From positions 1 to 26,219 of the forward strand of contig JARRQT010000014.1 of assembly GCA_037381445.1 (NCBI GenBank): a DNA stretch of 26,219 nt, written 5' to 3'. The notes under the pieces were generated by a model. It saw only the letters and a program-made list of their open reading frames with translations. It did not search any database and had not been told where the DNA came from. The translations under genes were made by a program, and so were the position numbers. Origin of the DNA: Calditrichia bacterium. Lineage in GTDB: Bacteria > Calditrichota > Calditrichia > RBG-13-44-9. This document shows, one piece after another, positions 8,896-18,527 of the stretch (position 1 is the stretch's first letter; the number at the start of each line of letters is the position of its first letter).

Positions 8896-10323
8896 GTGAA
8901 TTCACAGGAAAAACCGCAAATATCGAAACAGCAGTGGCGCATATTAATCTCATTGATGCTGGGCGTTTTCATGGGAGCACTGGATATTTCCATTGTGGCG
9001 CCGGCAATCCCCATCATCGCCAAAAATCTTTCCATGACCCAACGGCAAATCCCCTGGATTATCACGCTCTATATCCTGGTTTATGTAATTTCGACGCCCC
9101 TAATGAGCGCCCTGTCGGACCGCTACGGCCGAAAGAGAATATTCCTCTTCAATGTCGCAACCTTCGGTGCAGGCTCACTTTGGGCAGCATTTTCCGGCGG
9201 CTTCGGACTGCTGCTGGCGGGACGGGGCATTCAGGCGCTCGGCGCAGGTGGACTTTTTCCCATCGCCACTACCGTCATCGGCGAAAATATTCCCCAGCAA
9301 AAAAGAGGCATGGCATTGGGTTTTGTGGGTCTGGTATGGGGCGTGGCCGGCATCCTGGGGCCGCCCCTGGGAGGCTGGCTCACCCAATGGCTTGGTTGGG
9401 AAGCGATCTTTTTTCTGAACATCCCGATCGCAGCAATTCTTCTGTTTTATGCAGGCCGGGCGCTTCCCCATGACACAGGTGTGCATGAACACCCCCTTGA
9501 TGTGCTGGGGATGATGCTGCTGGGTTCGGGTTTGGCGAGTCTGGCTTACGGTCTCAATCAATTACACAGCAAAGACTTTCTGCGGAGCATTGTGAGCACA
9601 AACGTATGGCCGTGGCTGGCCGCCGCTGTCATACTTCTCGTTGCTTTCGCCAGAGCGGAACAGCGTCCCAGAGCGCCCATCATTTCGCTCAGGCTGTTTG
9701 TCAAAAGGCAGTTGAACATCGGATTGTATCTGGGCTTCGCGGGTGGAATTACCGAGGCCGGCCTCGTATTTCTCCCGTTCTTCGCCATGAGAACGCTGAA
9801 TATCGGGGTGGGCTCAGCCGGCACGCTGATGCTGGCACTTGCCCTCACCCTTTTTATTTTTACCGAACCGATGGGTATGCTCATCGATAAGACTGGCGTC
9901 CGGCTGGTGCTGCTGATCGGGACGTTCTTCACCGGCCTGGGGGCCTTCCTCTTGGTGAATGCCTACAGTGTCTGGGAATTCATCGGTTTTCAGGTGGTAC
10001 TGGGAATCGGACTCAGCGCCTTGCTTGGAGCCCCGGTCCGCTATGTTGTGCTTTCGGAAACCAATGATAAGGAACGGGCTTCCGCGCAGGGAGTGGTGAG
10101 CCTGGCGGGCAGTTTTGGATTAATGACCGGAACAGCGTTGACCGGCGCCTTCCTCGCCTCCAATCCCAACGGTTTGCACGGTTTTCGTGAGATTTTCTGG
10201 ATGGTAGCGCTTGTTGCCGCAGTGGGTTTCCTGCTCTCATTTGGTTTGAAATCAAAAAACCTGGTGGGGGAAACAAATCACAGGCGCACCAATTCGTATG
10301 AAGAAATAAATGAAACAACCTGA
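8896..10323 (+). CDS. MFS efflux transporter, DHA2 (EmrB/QacA-like, 14-TM)
   Basis: LGVFMGALDISIVAPA, LSDRYGRKR, GRGIQALGAGG, GPPLGGWL, W..IFFLNIPI, LDVLG motifs; GTG start preceded by GAGG. Confidence 0.88.
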   Translation: MNSQEKPQISKQQWRILISLMLGVFMGALDISIVAPAIPIIAKNLSMTQRQIPWIITLYILVYVISTPLMSALSDRYGRKRIFLFNVATFGAGSLWAAFSGGFGLLLAGRGIQALGAGGLFPIATTVIGENIPQQKRGMALGFVGLVWGVAGILGPPLGGWLTQWLGWEAIFFLNIPIAAILLFYAGRALPHDTGVHEHPLDVLGMMLLGSGLASLAYGLNQLHSKDFLRSIVSTNVWPWLAAAVILLVAFARAEQRPRAPIISLRLFVKRQLNIGLYLGFAGGITEAGLVFLPFFAMRTLNIGVGSAGTLMLALALTLFIFTEPMGMLIDKTGVRLVLLIGTFFTGLGAFLLVNAYSVWEFIGFQVVLGIGLSALLGAPVRYVVLSETNDKERASAQGVVSLAGSFGLMTGTALTGAFLASNPNGLHGFREIFWMVALVAAVGFLLSFGLKSKNLVGETNHRRTNSYEEINETT

Positions 10324-11545
10324 TCGAGAAACAGTAATGGTTCAAAAATCCATGCACATATTGACCATTAACAGCGGCTCTTCGAGCCTCAAATTTGCCC
10401 TTTACCGGACGGGCGAAACCGAAGAAGCGCTTTATGCGGGGAACATCGATCGGATTGGTCTGCATGGGAGCCATTTTCAGATCCGGGATTCAAACGAAAG
10501 GGTTATAACCGAACATCATCAGGACATCCCGGACCACAATCACGCTTTATCCGGCCTGCTGGAATGGCTGAAGGACGAAGCTTCGGAATTCGCACTCGAT
10601 GCCGTGGGGCACCGGGTGGTTCATGGGGGTGACACTTACCTGGAACCGCATTTCATTGATCGAAAAATGATGGATACGCTTTCCGGCCTGGTGCCGCTGG
10701 CACCCGATCATTTGCCCCACGAAATAAAGGCCATCAAGGCGGTTGCCAAATTTCAGCCGGAACTAAAGCAGGCGGCTTGTTTCGATACCGCTTTTCATCG
10801 CCACATGCCTCAAAAGGCACAAATGTACGCGCTTCCAAGGTATTTATGGAACCAGGGTATCCGGCGCTACGGATTTCACGGATTGTCCTATGAATACATC
10901 ATGAAAATTCTTCGCGAAAAGATGGAAAATACAGAGGCCAAAGGACGGATCATTATCGCACATCTGGGAAACGGGGCCAGCATGGCCGCCGTTAGCGGCG
11001 GAAATTGTATCGAAACCACCATGGGTTTTACCCCTTCCGGCGGGCTGGTCATGAGTTCCCGTTCCGGAGATATGGATCCCGGTGCCCTCCTCCACCTTAT
11101 CGAAGAAAAAGGGCTGAAACCGTCCACGGTGCATGATATGGTCAACCAGCAGGCGGGCCTTCTGGGCGTATCGGGAATCAGTTCCAGCATGAAGGATTTG
11201 CTGGAAAAAGAAAAGGAGAATTCACAGGCGGCCGAAGCCATCGAACTGTTCTGCTACAGCGCAAAAAAATTCCTGGCAGCGCTCACCGCCGCTCTGGGTG
11301 GCCTGGATACGCTGGTTTTTACGGCAGGGATTGGCGCCAACTCGCCGGAAATTCGCGAGAGGATTTGCCGGAATCTGGAATATCTGGGTATCAAATTGGA
11401 TCCCCGTTCAAATAGTAAAAATGAAGCGCTCATTTCGAGTGAAGGGAGCCGGGTTAAAGTGCGGGTTCTCCAAACCAATGAACAACTGATGATTGCCCTG
11501 CACACGGCTTTACTGTTAAAAAATAAAAAACATAACCTTAACTAA
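10310..11545 (+). CDS. ackA: Acetate/propionate kinase
   Basis: INSGSSSLKF, GHRVVHGG, FDTAFH, RRYGFHGLSY, HLGNGAS, TMGFTP, FTAGIG, TNE motifs. The true start may be one of the slightly downstream Met codons. Confidence 0.95.
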   Translation: MKQPDRETVMVQKSMHILTINSGSSSLKFALYRTGETEEALYAGNIDRIGLHGSHFQIRDSNERVITEHHQDIPDHNHALSGLLEWLKDEASEFALDAVGHRVVHGGDTYLEPHFIDRKMMDTLSGLVPLAPDHLPHEIKAIKAVAKFQPELKQAACFDTAFHRHMPQKAQMYALPRYLWNQGIRRYGFHGLSYEYIMKILREKMENTEAKGRIIIAHLGNGASMAAVSGGNCIETTMGFTPSGGLVMSSRSGDMDPGALLHLIEEKGLKPSTVHDMVNQQAGLLGVSGISSSMKDLLEKEKENSQAAEAIELFCYSAKKFLAALTAALGGLDTLVFTAGIGANSPEIRERICRNLEYLGIKLDPRSNSKNEALISSEGSRVKVRVLQTNEQLMIALHTALLLKNKKHNLN

Positions 11546-11560
11546 TCAAAAGAGTGGATC

Positions 11561-14065
11561 ATGGAAGCAACTATTATTCAGAGCGAAGAAGCGCAAAAAG
11601 AAAGCAAAGAAGAACTTTTTAAGCACCTTTCCACAGGTCCGCAGGGCCTGAGCAGTGAAGAAGTCCAAAAACGGCTGGCGCAGTACGGCCCCAATGCCCT
11701 CAAGGAGGAAAAGGAAAATCCGATCCTTAAATTCCTCAGCTACTTCTGGGGACCGATACCATGGATGATCGAAGTCGCCGCGGTTCTCTCGCTGGTTGTG
11801 CAGCACTGGACAGATTTTATTATCATTGTTGTTTTACTGGTATTTAATGCGGTTGTGGGTTTCTGGCAGGAGTTTCAGGCCTCCAATGCACTGGAAGCCC
11901 TGAAGAATGAGCTTGCCCTAAAAGCGCGTGTGCTGCGGGACGGCAAATGGCAGGAGATTGCCGCAGAGGAACTGGTGCCGGGTGATATTATTCGCCTGCG
12001 TTTGGGAGATATTGTGCCGGCGGACGTCAAGCTCACCGATGGGGACTATCTGATGGTGGATCAATCGGCGCTGACCGGTGAGTCATTACCGGTGGAGAAG
12101 AAAGTCAATGATCTGGCATATTCCGGTTCTACCATCAAACAGGGCGAAATGGTATCCCTGGTGACGGCCACCGGAGAAAACACCTACTTTGCCCGCACCG
12201 CAAAATTGGTGGAAAGTGCCGGGGCGGTCTCTCATTTTCAGAAGGCGGTCCTCACCATCGGCGATTATCTGATTTACATCAGCCTGGGATTGGCCACATT
12301 TCTGGTGCTGGCGCAGCTGGTGCGGGGCGATCACTTTCTCACCATTTTTCAATTCGTATTAATACTGGTGGTTGCCGCCATTCCGGTGGCCATGCCGGCG
12401 GTACTGTCCGTCACCATGGCACTGGGTGCGCTCACCCTGTCACATATGAAGGCAATTGTTTCACGCCTGCAGTCCATCGAGGAGATTGCCGGCATCGATA
12501 TTCTTTGTTCCGACAAAACCGGCACGCTGACCCAGAACAAGCTGACCCTGGGCGATCCGGTGACTTTCCGGGCCAAAGATAACCAGGAATTGATTCTGGC
12601 AGGCGCCCTGGCTTCCAAGGAGGAAGATCGTGATGCCATTGACCAAGCCGTTATCAATGCGTTGTCCAATCCTGAGATACTTAAATCATACCAGCAGCTT
12701 AAATTTGTACCATTCGATCCCAACAGTAAACGGACCGAGGCCACTGTAAAAGACAAAAAGGGCAGCTCACTTGTTGTTACTAAAGGCGCGCCGCAGGTTA
12801 TTATGGGCATGTGCAAGCTCACCAAAAAGGACAAATCCAACGCGGAAAAAATTGTGGACGATTTCGCTACCAAAGGATACCGCACGCTGGGGGTGGCAAG
12901 AGCGGAAAAGGAGGATGGGCCCTGGGAATTCCTGGGGATGCTTCCCCTGTACGACCCACCGCGGGAGGATTCGAAAGAGACCATTCAGCGGGCAGAAGAG
13001 CATGGGATTCAGGTGAAAATGGTGACGGGTGATAATGTGGCCATCGGGCGGGAAATTTCAAAACAGCTCGGCCTGAAATCCGACATACAGCCGGCGGACA
13101 AAATTTTCACAGAGGATGAGGATCTGGAAAATTTAAGTTGCCGGGCCATTAGCAGAATTGAAAAGGCAGATGGCTTTGCCCAGGTGTTCCCGGAGCATAA
13201 ATATGATATCGTAAAGGTGCTGCAGGGACGGGGCCATCTGGTGGCCATGACCGGCGACGGTGTCAATGATGCCCCGGCCCTTAAGCAGGCTGATGTCGGG
13301 GTGGCTGTTTCCGGCGCCACCAATGCCGCGCAGGCTGCGGCTTCCCTGGTTCTCACCGCACCGGGATTATCGGTCATCATCCGGGCGGTTGAAGAGGCCC
13401 GACGCATTTTTGAACGGATGAACAGTTACGCCATATATCGGATTACTGAAACCATCCGCATCATGTTTTTTGTAGTGCTGGCGATGATCGTTTTTAATTT
13501 CTATCCCATCACAACGGTAATGATCATTCTGCTGGCCCTGCTCAACGATCTGCCCATCATGACCATTGCATACGACAATACCTGGCTGGATCCCAAACCG
13601 GTAAAATGGAATATGCGGCGGGTGATAACAGTGGCCACGGTGCTGGGGCTTATCGGCGTGGCCGAAACTTTCGGGCTTTTGCTCATTGGAAAAATGCTGT
13701 TCAAAATGGAAGGCCCTCCCTTACAGTCGCTGATCTACCTCAAATTGGCAGTCGCCGGTCATATGACCCTCTTTGTGGTTCGCAGCCGGAAATCATTTGT
13801 CACCAGTCCTTATCCGGCCACCATCTTACTGGTTGCCATTTTTGCCACACAGGGAGTTGCCGCGATGATTGTAGGTTTTGGCTTCCTCATGGCGAAAATT
13901 CCCTGGTCCTATGTCGGGTTTATTTGGGGATACTGCATCGTGTGGGCATTCATCGAGGACTGGGCGAAGCTGCACGTTTACAAACACCTGGAACTGAGGG
14001 CCGGACATCACAGGAAATTTTTGGGAAAAGTGCAGACATCATTGCACTCCCATGCCGGGGCCTAG
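11561..14065 (+). CDS. Plasma-membrane proton-efflux P-type ATPase (P3A subfamily)
   Basis: FWGPIPWMIE, DQSALTGES, IPVAMPAVLSVTMA, phosphorylation motif CSDKTGTLT, KGAP, DPPR, MTGDGVNDAPALK, IFERMNSY.IYRI and LLND (the TM6 Asp of H+-ATPases). Confidence 0.93.
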   Translation: MEATIIQSEEAQKESKEELFKHLSTGPQGLSSEEVQKRLAQYGPNALKEEKENPILKFLSYFWGPIPWMIEVAAVLSLVVQHWTDFIIIVVLLVFNAVVGFWQEFQASNALEALKNELALKARVLRDGKWQEIAAEELVPGDIIRLRLGDIVPADVKLTDGDYLMVDQSALTGESLPVEKKVNDLAYSGSTIKQGEMVSLVTATGENTYFARTAKLVESAGAVSHFQKAVLTIGDYLIYISLGLATFLVLAQLVRGDHFLTIFQFVLILVVAAIPVAMPAVLSVTMALGALTLSHMKAIVSRLQSIEEIAGIDILCSDKTGTLTQNKLTLGDPVTFRAKDNQELILAGALASKEEDRDAIDQAVINALSNPEILKSYQQLKFVPFDPNSKRTEATVKDKKGSSLVVTKGAPQVIMGMCKLTKKDKSNAEKIVDDFATKGYRTLGVARAEKEDGPWEFLGMLPLYDPPREDSKETIQRAEEHGIQVKMVTGDNVAIGREISKQLGLKSDIQPADKIFTEDEDLENLSCRAISRIEKADGFAQVFPEHKYDIVKVLQGRGHLVAMTGDGVNDAPALKQADVGVAVSGATNAAQAAASLVLTAPGLSVIIRAVEEARRIFERMNSYAIYRITETIRIMFFVVLAMIVFNFYPITTVMIILLALLNDLPIMTIAYDNTWLDPKPVKWNMRRVITVATVLGLIGVAETFGLLLIGKMLFKMEGPPLQSLIYLKLAVAGHMTLFVVRSRKSFVTSPYPATILLVAIFATQGVAAMIVGFGFLMAKIPWSYVGFIWGYCIVWAFIEDWAKLHVYKHLELRAGHHRKFLGKVQTSLHSHAGA

Positions 14066-14103
14066 GGAGAAAAAGAACGCTTAAGTGACAAGAGGAGGAA
14101 ATT

Positions 14104-16461
14104 ATGGGAGATATATCAAAAGAACGTTTGGAGAAACTTCACCGCTACTGGAATGCAGCCAATTATCTGGGAGCGGCACAACTTTATCTGACTGATAATC
14201 CATTGCTGTTTACCCCGCTGAAGCCGGAACATATTAAACCGCGCCTGCTGGGGCACTGGGGAACCCAGCCGGGCTTGAATTTAATTTATACCCATCTGAA
14301 CCGGTTAATTCAGGATGAAGATGCCTCCGTCATGATGATTGTCGGACCGGGTCATGGCGCACCCGGCATACTATCCAACCTCTATCTGGAAGGAACCATG
14401 ACGGCATATTACCCGGACCTGAATTTCAGTCTCGATGGTCTGAAACGGTTTGTCCGGCAATTTTCAACGCCGTTCGGTATGCCCAGCCATCTTTACCCGG
14501 GGACCCCGGGAATGATCCATGAAGGCGGGGAGCTGGGTTACAGCCTGAGCCATGCTTTTGGCGCGGTGCTGGATAATCCCGATTTGATTGTGGCCTGTAT
14601 TGTGGGGGACGGGGAAGCTGAAACCGGCCCGCTGGCTGCGGCCTGGCATTCCACCAAATTTCTGAATCCGGCGACTTCGGGGGCGGTACTGCCAATCCTG
14701 CATCTGAACGGATATAAATTGTCCGGTCCCACGCTGATGGGCAGGATGACCGATGAAAAATTGGAGGATTTATTTACCGGTTACGGATACAACGTAAGAA
14801 TTGTCACCGGCACAGATCCGATTGCCATTCATCCAAAAATGTGGGAGACAATAGATTGGGCCTATTCCGAAATCCGATCATTGCAGGATAAAGCCCGCTC
14901 AGGAAAAATGCCGGAACGACCCGCCTGGCCGATGATCATTCTTCGCACGCCCAAAGGGTGGACCGGTCCCAAGTCCCTGGACGGCAAGGCCATTGAGGGG
15001 ACCTTCCACGCGCACCAGATTCCCATCACCGATCCGGCGAGCAATCCGGAACATCTGGAGGCGCTGGAAGTCTGGCTGCGCAGTTACAAGCCGGAAGAAC
15101 TGTTTACACCGGAAGGCAAGCCTGCCCCGGACATTACTTCGGTTTGCCCCAAGGGTGAGCGGCGCATCGGGATGAATCCCCATGCGAATGGCGGAACATT
15201 TTTGAAATCCCTCAATCTGCCGGATTTCATGGATTATGCGGTAAAAGTTCCCGGGCCCGCCAGGACCAGGGTCGAAGGGACACGGGAACTGAGCAAATTT
15301 GTCCGGGATATTTTCAGGAATAATGATAAAGAACAAAATTTCCGCTTTTTCTGTCCGGACGAAACCACCTCCAACCGCATGGAGCACATTTTTGAGGTTA
15401 CCCAGAGAGCATTTATGTGGCCGCAAGTGGACACCGACGAATTCCTGGCCCGGGACGGACGGGTTATGGAAATCCTCAGCGAACACACCTGCGAGGGGTG
15501 GCTCGAGGGATATTTGCTAACCGGCAGGCACGGGCTGTTTGCCTGTTATGAAGCGTTCATTCCCATCATTGACTCCATGCTCAACCAGTATGCAAAATGG
15601 CTCAAGGTTTCCCGCGAAGTCCCCTGGCGCAAACCATTGGCATCATTAAACTATCTTCTAACCTCGCATGTGTGGCGTCAGGATCATAATGGCTACACCC
15701 ACCAGGTGCCAAGTTTTATCAATAACGTGGCCAATAAGAAAAGCTCGGTGGCACGCATTTACCTGCCGCCGGATGCGAACTGTCTGCTCTCCGTTGCGGA
15801 CCACTGTCTGAGAAGCAAAGATTACGTAAACCTGATTGTGGCATCAAAGCAGATGAATCCGCAGTACCTGAATATGGATGAAGCTATCAGGCACTGCGCC
15901 CGGGGTGTTTCGGTGTGGGAGTGGGGCAGTAATGACGAGGGGAATCCTGATGTGATCATGGCTTCCGCGGGTGACGTGCCAACGGAAGAATCCGTGGCTG
16001 CAACTTGGCTGCTCCGCCAGAAGTTCCCGGATTTGCGGGTCCGGCTGGTGAATATTGTCGATCTCTTTACGCTTATTTCCCACCGCGATCATCCGCACGG
16101 GCTTGACGAAGATGCTTTCGCGGAAATTTTCACCGCGGATAAGCCGGTCATTTTTGCCTTCCACGGCTATCCTAGAGTTATTCATGAGCTGGTGCATCAT
16201 CGTCCCAATCCCCAGCGATTTCACGTACACGGATACATTGAAGAGGGACGCACCACCACTCCGTTCGATATGCGAGTCCTGAATAAACTGAGCCGGTTCC
16301 ATCTGGGCATTGCTGCTCTAAACCGGACCCCCCGGCTGCGCTCCCACGCCGGTATCATAATTGATGAATTCACAAAGAAGCTAAATGAACACGAAGCGTA
16401 TATCCGGGAGCATGACGATGATATGCCGGAAATCAAGAATTGGGCATGGGGGAAAGAATGA
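14104..16461 (+). CDS. xfp: Phosphoketolase (xylulose-5-P/fructose-6-P)
   Basis: KPRLLGHWGT, GPGHG, HEGGELGYSL, ThDP motif GDGEAETGP..N, PDET.SNR, LSEH.CEGWLEGY, WRQDHNG; RBS GAGGAGG. Confidence 0.96.
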   Translation: MGDISKERLEKLHRYWNAANYLGAAQLYLTDNPLLFTPLKPEHIKPRLLGHWGTQPGLNLIYTHLNRLIQDEDASVMMIVGPGHGAPGILSNLYLEGTMTAYYPDLNFSLDGLKRFVRQFSTPFGMPSHLYPGTPGMIHEGGELGYSLSHAFGAVLDNPDLIVACIVGDGEAETGPLAAAWHSTKFLNPATSGAVLPILHLNGYKLSGPTLMGRMTDEKLEDLFTGYGYNVRIVTGTDPIAIHPKMWETIDWAYSEIRSLQDKARSGKMPERPAWPMIILRTPKGWTGPKSLDGKAIEGTFHAHQIPITDPASNPEHLEALEVWLRSYKPEELFTPEGKPAPDITSVCPKGERRIGMNPHANGGTFLKSLNLPDFMDYAVKVPGPARTRVEGTRELSKFVRDIFRNNDKEQNFRFFCPDETTSNRMEHIFEVTQRAFMWPQVDTDEFLARDGRVMEILSEHTCEGWLEGYLLTGRHGLFACYEAFIPIIDSMLNQYAKWLKVSREVPWRKPLASLNYLLTSHVWRQDHNGYTHQVPSFINNVANKKSSVARIYLPPDANCLLSVADHCLRSKDYVNLIVASKQMNPQYLNMDEAIRHCARGVSVWEWGSNDEGNPDVIMASAGDVPTEESVAATWLLRQKFPDLRVRLVNIVDLFTLISHRDHPHGLDEDAFAEIFTADKPVIFAFHGYPRVIHELVHHRPNPQRFHVHGYIEEGRTTTPFDMRVLNKLSRFHLGIAALNRTPRLRSHAGIIIDEFTKKLNEHEAYIREHDDDMPEIKNWAWGKE

Positions 16462-16632
16462 GCAGGCGCGGGATTGTGAACAAAAAAAGCGTAAGGTCCG
16501 TTTTAATAATTGCACTTTTGATCCTGAGGGGAAATGTGCGAAGCTGCTTCCGGAAACGATCGCCATAAAAATTGTCCAGTCAGATTTCGCGGACTTTCTT
16601 TTGCAAATGAATCATAAAAAAATATAAAAGGA

Positions 16633-17436
16633 TTGGGAAAAATGGATAAGAAAAATGGGGTGCGATTGGTTACCGTGCTGTTATCACTTTTAACGATTTC
16701 TTTTTCCGTCATTCCGGTTTTTGCAGGGAACGGCAAGAATCAGCTTCCCGATAAAACCGTAAAAAGGGTGATTGAACACTCTCTGGAAAAAGATGGAATC
16801 TTGTACAACCATAACATTCAGGTAACTGTGAAAGACAGTGTTATTACGCTCCTGGGAGTTGTAAAGACGCTTTCCGAAAAAGAGAAGGCTGAACAAGATG
16901 CCTATAAGGCCGAGGAGAACTATGCGGTCGTCAATAACATCATGGTCCAGCCCAGCGGCCTCAGTGGCAAGGCCATCGCACAAAATGTGGTGGACCAGAT
17001 CTACAAAAACATGTTCTATAGCATTTTCGACTGGGTGACCATTCAGGTGGACAGCGGCGTGGTTACCCTGCGGGGATGGGTCTATGAACCATGGCACAAA
17101 ACAGAATTCGAAGATGAAGCCGAACGGGCTATCGGCGTTCTGAATGTGGTGAATGAGATAAAGGTCCTTCCCAATTCCCCCCTGGACGACCAGATCCGTT
17201 TCAGGGCGGCCAGGTTGATCTATAATGACCCGAGTTTTATTCAATACGCTTATCAGATCAATCCGCCCATTCATATTGTTGTAGACCGGGGAAAAGTAAT
17301 TCTGGAAGGATTTGTCGACTCCCAATTTGATAAAAACTGGGCCGGGAATTTGGTCAAATTTAATACAGATGCCTTTTCAGTGGACAATCAGCTGAAGGTG
17401 CCCAAGCTCAATACAGAGAATATACCCGAAGGGTAG
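16633..17436 (+). CDS. Secreted BON-domain protein, paralog 1 (three BON repeats); start may be ATG 16642
   Basis: Signal peptide (..VFA). Three repeats of I-x-V-x-V..G-x-V-x-L-x-G-x-V...V-x-N-x-[IL]. Shares FYSIFDW, PWH, DDQIR.RAARLIY and PPIHI.V with paralogs 2 and 3. Confidence 0.88.
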   Translation: MGKMDKKNGVRLVTVLLSLLTISFSVIPVFAGNGKNQLPDKTVKRVIEHSLEKDGILYNHNIQVTVKDSVITLLGVVKTLSEKEKAEQDAYKAEENYAVVNNIMVQPSGLSGKAIAQNVVDQIYKNMFYSIFDWVTIQVDSGVVTLRGWVYEPWHKTEFEDEAERAIGVLNVVNEIKVLPNSPLDDQIRFRAARLIYNDPSFIQYAYQINPPIHIVVDRGKVILEGFVDSQFDKNWAGNLVKFNTDAFSVDNQLKVPKLNTENIPEG

Positions 17437-17640
17437 TGCCAAATCGGCGTGCACCTCAAAGAGCTGGTGAGGAATTCTTATGAAGCAAAGTAACAAGTCG
17501 AAACCTTATCGTCCATTTCAAAAAGTGTGGAAGCCAAAGAGCAGACTGCCTACACTCAAGTGACAATATGGTAGCGAAGCAAAAATTTTTAATCTGAATG
17601 TTTTTAAAAGAATGATAATAAAATTTTAGGGAGAGGAGTC

Positions 17641-18411
17641 ATGAAAAAGCAAGTCAGATATGCCATTTTTATAGTGCTGATTCTAATGGTCAGCATGATT
17701 TCCATGTCGAGTTCGAATCCGGGAAATCAGCAGCAGAATCAGCAGGCAAAAGATCAAGCCATAAAATCGGTCATCGTCAATCAGCTCATAGAAAATAAAA
17801 TCATGCAGGGCAACAACATTCAGGTCACCGTTAGCAATGATACGATTACGCTCAACGGAGCAGTATCAACCCTGGCCTCGAAAAGAATGGCTGTGCAGGA
17901 TGCCCACAAGGTGGCCGAAGGTTATCAGATTGTCAATAACATCACGGTGCAGGCCCCCCAGCTTACCGATAAAGCGTTGGCCGATGCGGTTCTTAAACGA
18001 CTGTCGAATCACGTATTTTACAGCATATTCGACTGGATCATTGTGAACGCTGATAACGGTGTTGTCACATTGGCTGGATGGGTTTATGTCCCGTGGCACA
18101 AAACTGAGTTTGTCCACCAGGCAGAGAAGGTTGCGGGAGTCAAAAAGCTGGTTGATGATATAAAGGTGCTTCCTACCTCCAGTACCGATGATCAGATTCG
18201 CGAAAGGGCCGCGCGGTTGATTTATAACAATCCGACCTTCGAAAATTATGCAAACAACGTTAATCCGCCCATACATATCATTGTGGATAATGGACATGTC
18301 ATTCTGGAAGGCGTGGTGGATTCCAATTATGCAAAGGGATTGGCTGGAAATATCGTCAGGTTCGATACGGATGCGCTATCAGTCGATAACCAGTTAATGG
18401 TGGCAAAATAA
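17641..18411 (+). CDS. Secreted BON-domain protein, paralog 2 (three BON repeats)
   Basis: Same architecture and motifs as 16633-17436; hydrophobic N-terminus followed by a Q/N-rich linker; RBS GAGGAG. Confidence 0.88.
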   Translation: MKKQVRYAIFIVLILMVSMISMSSSNPGNQQQNQQAKDQAIKSVIVNQLIENKIMQGNNIQVTVSNDTITLNGAVSTLASKRMAVQDAHKVAEGYQIVNNITVQAPQLTDKALADAVLKRLSNHVFYSIFDWIIVNADNGVVTLAGWVYVPWHKTEFVHQAEKVAGVKKLVDDIKVLPTSSTDDQIRERAARLIYNNPTFENYANNVNPPIHIIVDNGHVILEGVVDSNYAKGLAGNIVRFDTDALSVDNQLMVAK

Positions 18412-18439
18412 GGCAGCAACGCAAAGAGCAAAGTGATAT

Positions 18440-18482
18440 GGAGTTCCGGAAAACTGAGGGCTTTGCCGGGACTCCTTTCTTC
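18440..18482 (+). terminator. Stem-loop / possible intrinsic terminator between BON paralogs 2 and 3
   Basis: GGAGTTCCGG (18440-18449) pairs with CCGGGACTCC (18466-18475, one G-U pair), followed by TTTCTTC. Confidence 0.4.
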
Positions 18483-18527
18483 ACCATCGTGAGCGAAAAC
18501 TTTCTAAGCAAGAGGAAATGAGATATT

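Noticed and set aside
12349..12984. Long antisense ORFs (also 14899-15486, 16690-17325, 25285-25737 and others)
   Set aside because: They are shadows of well-supported + strand genes and show no independent motifs.
16385..16627. 80-aa Cys-containing ORF overlapping the xfp 3' end
   Set aside because: It overlaps xfp by 77 nt out of frame, has no CxxC or CxxCH motif, and has no RBS.
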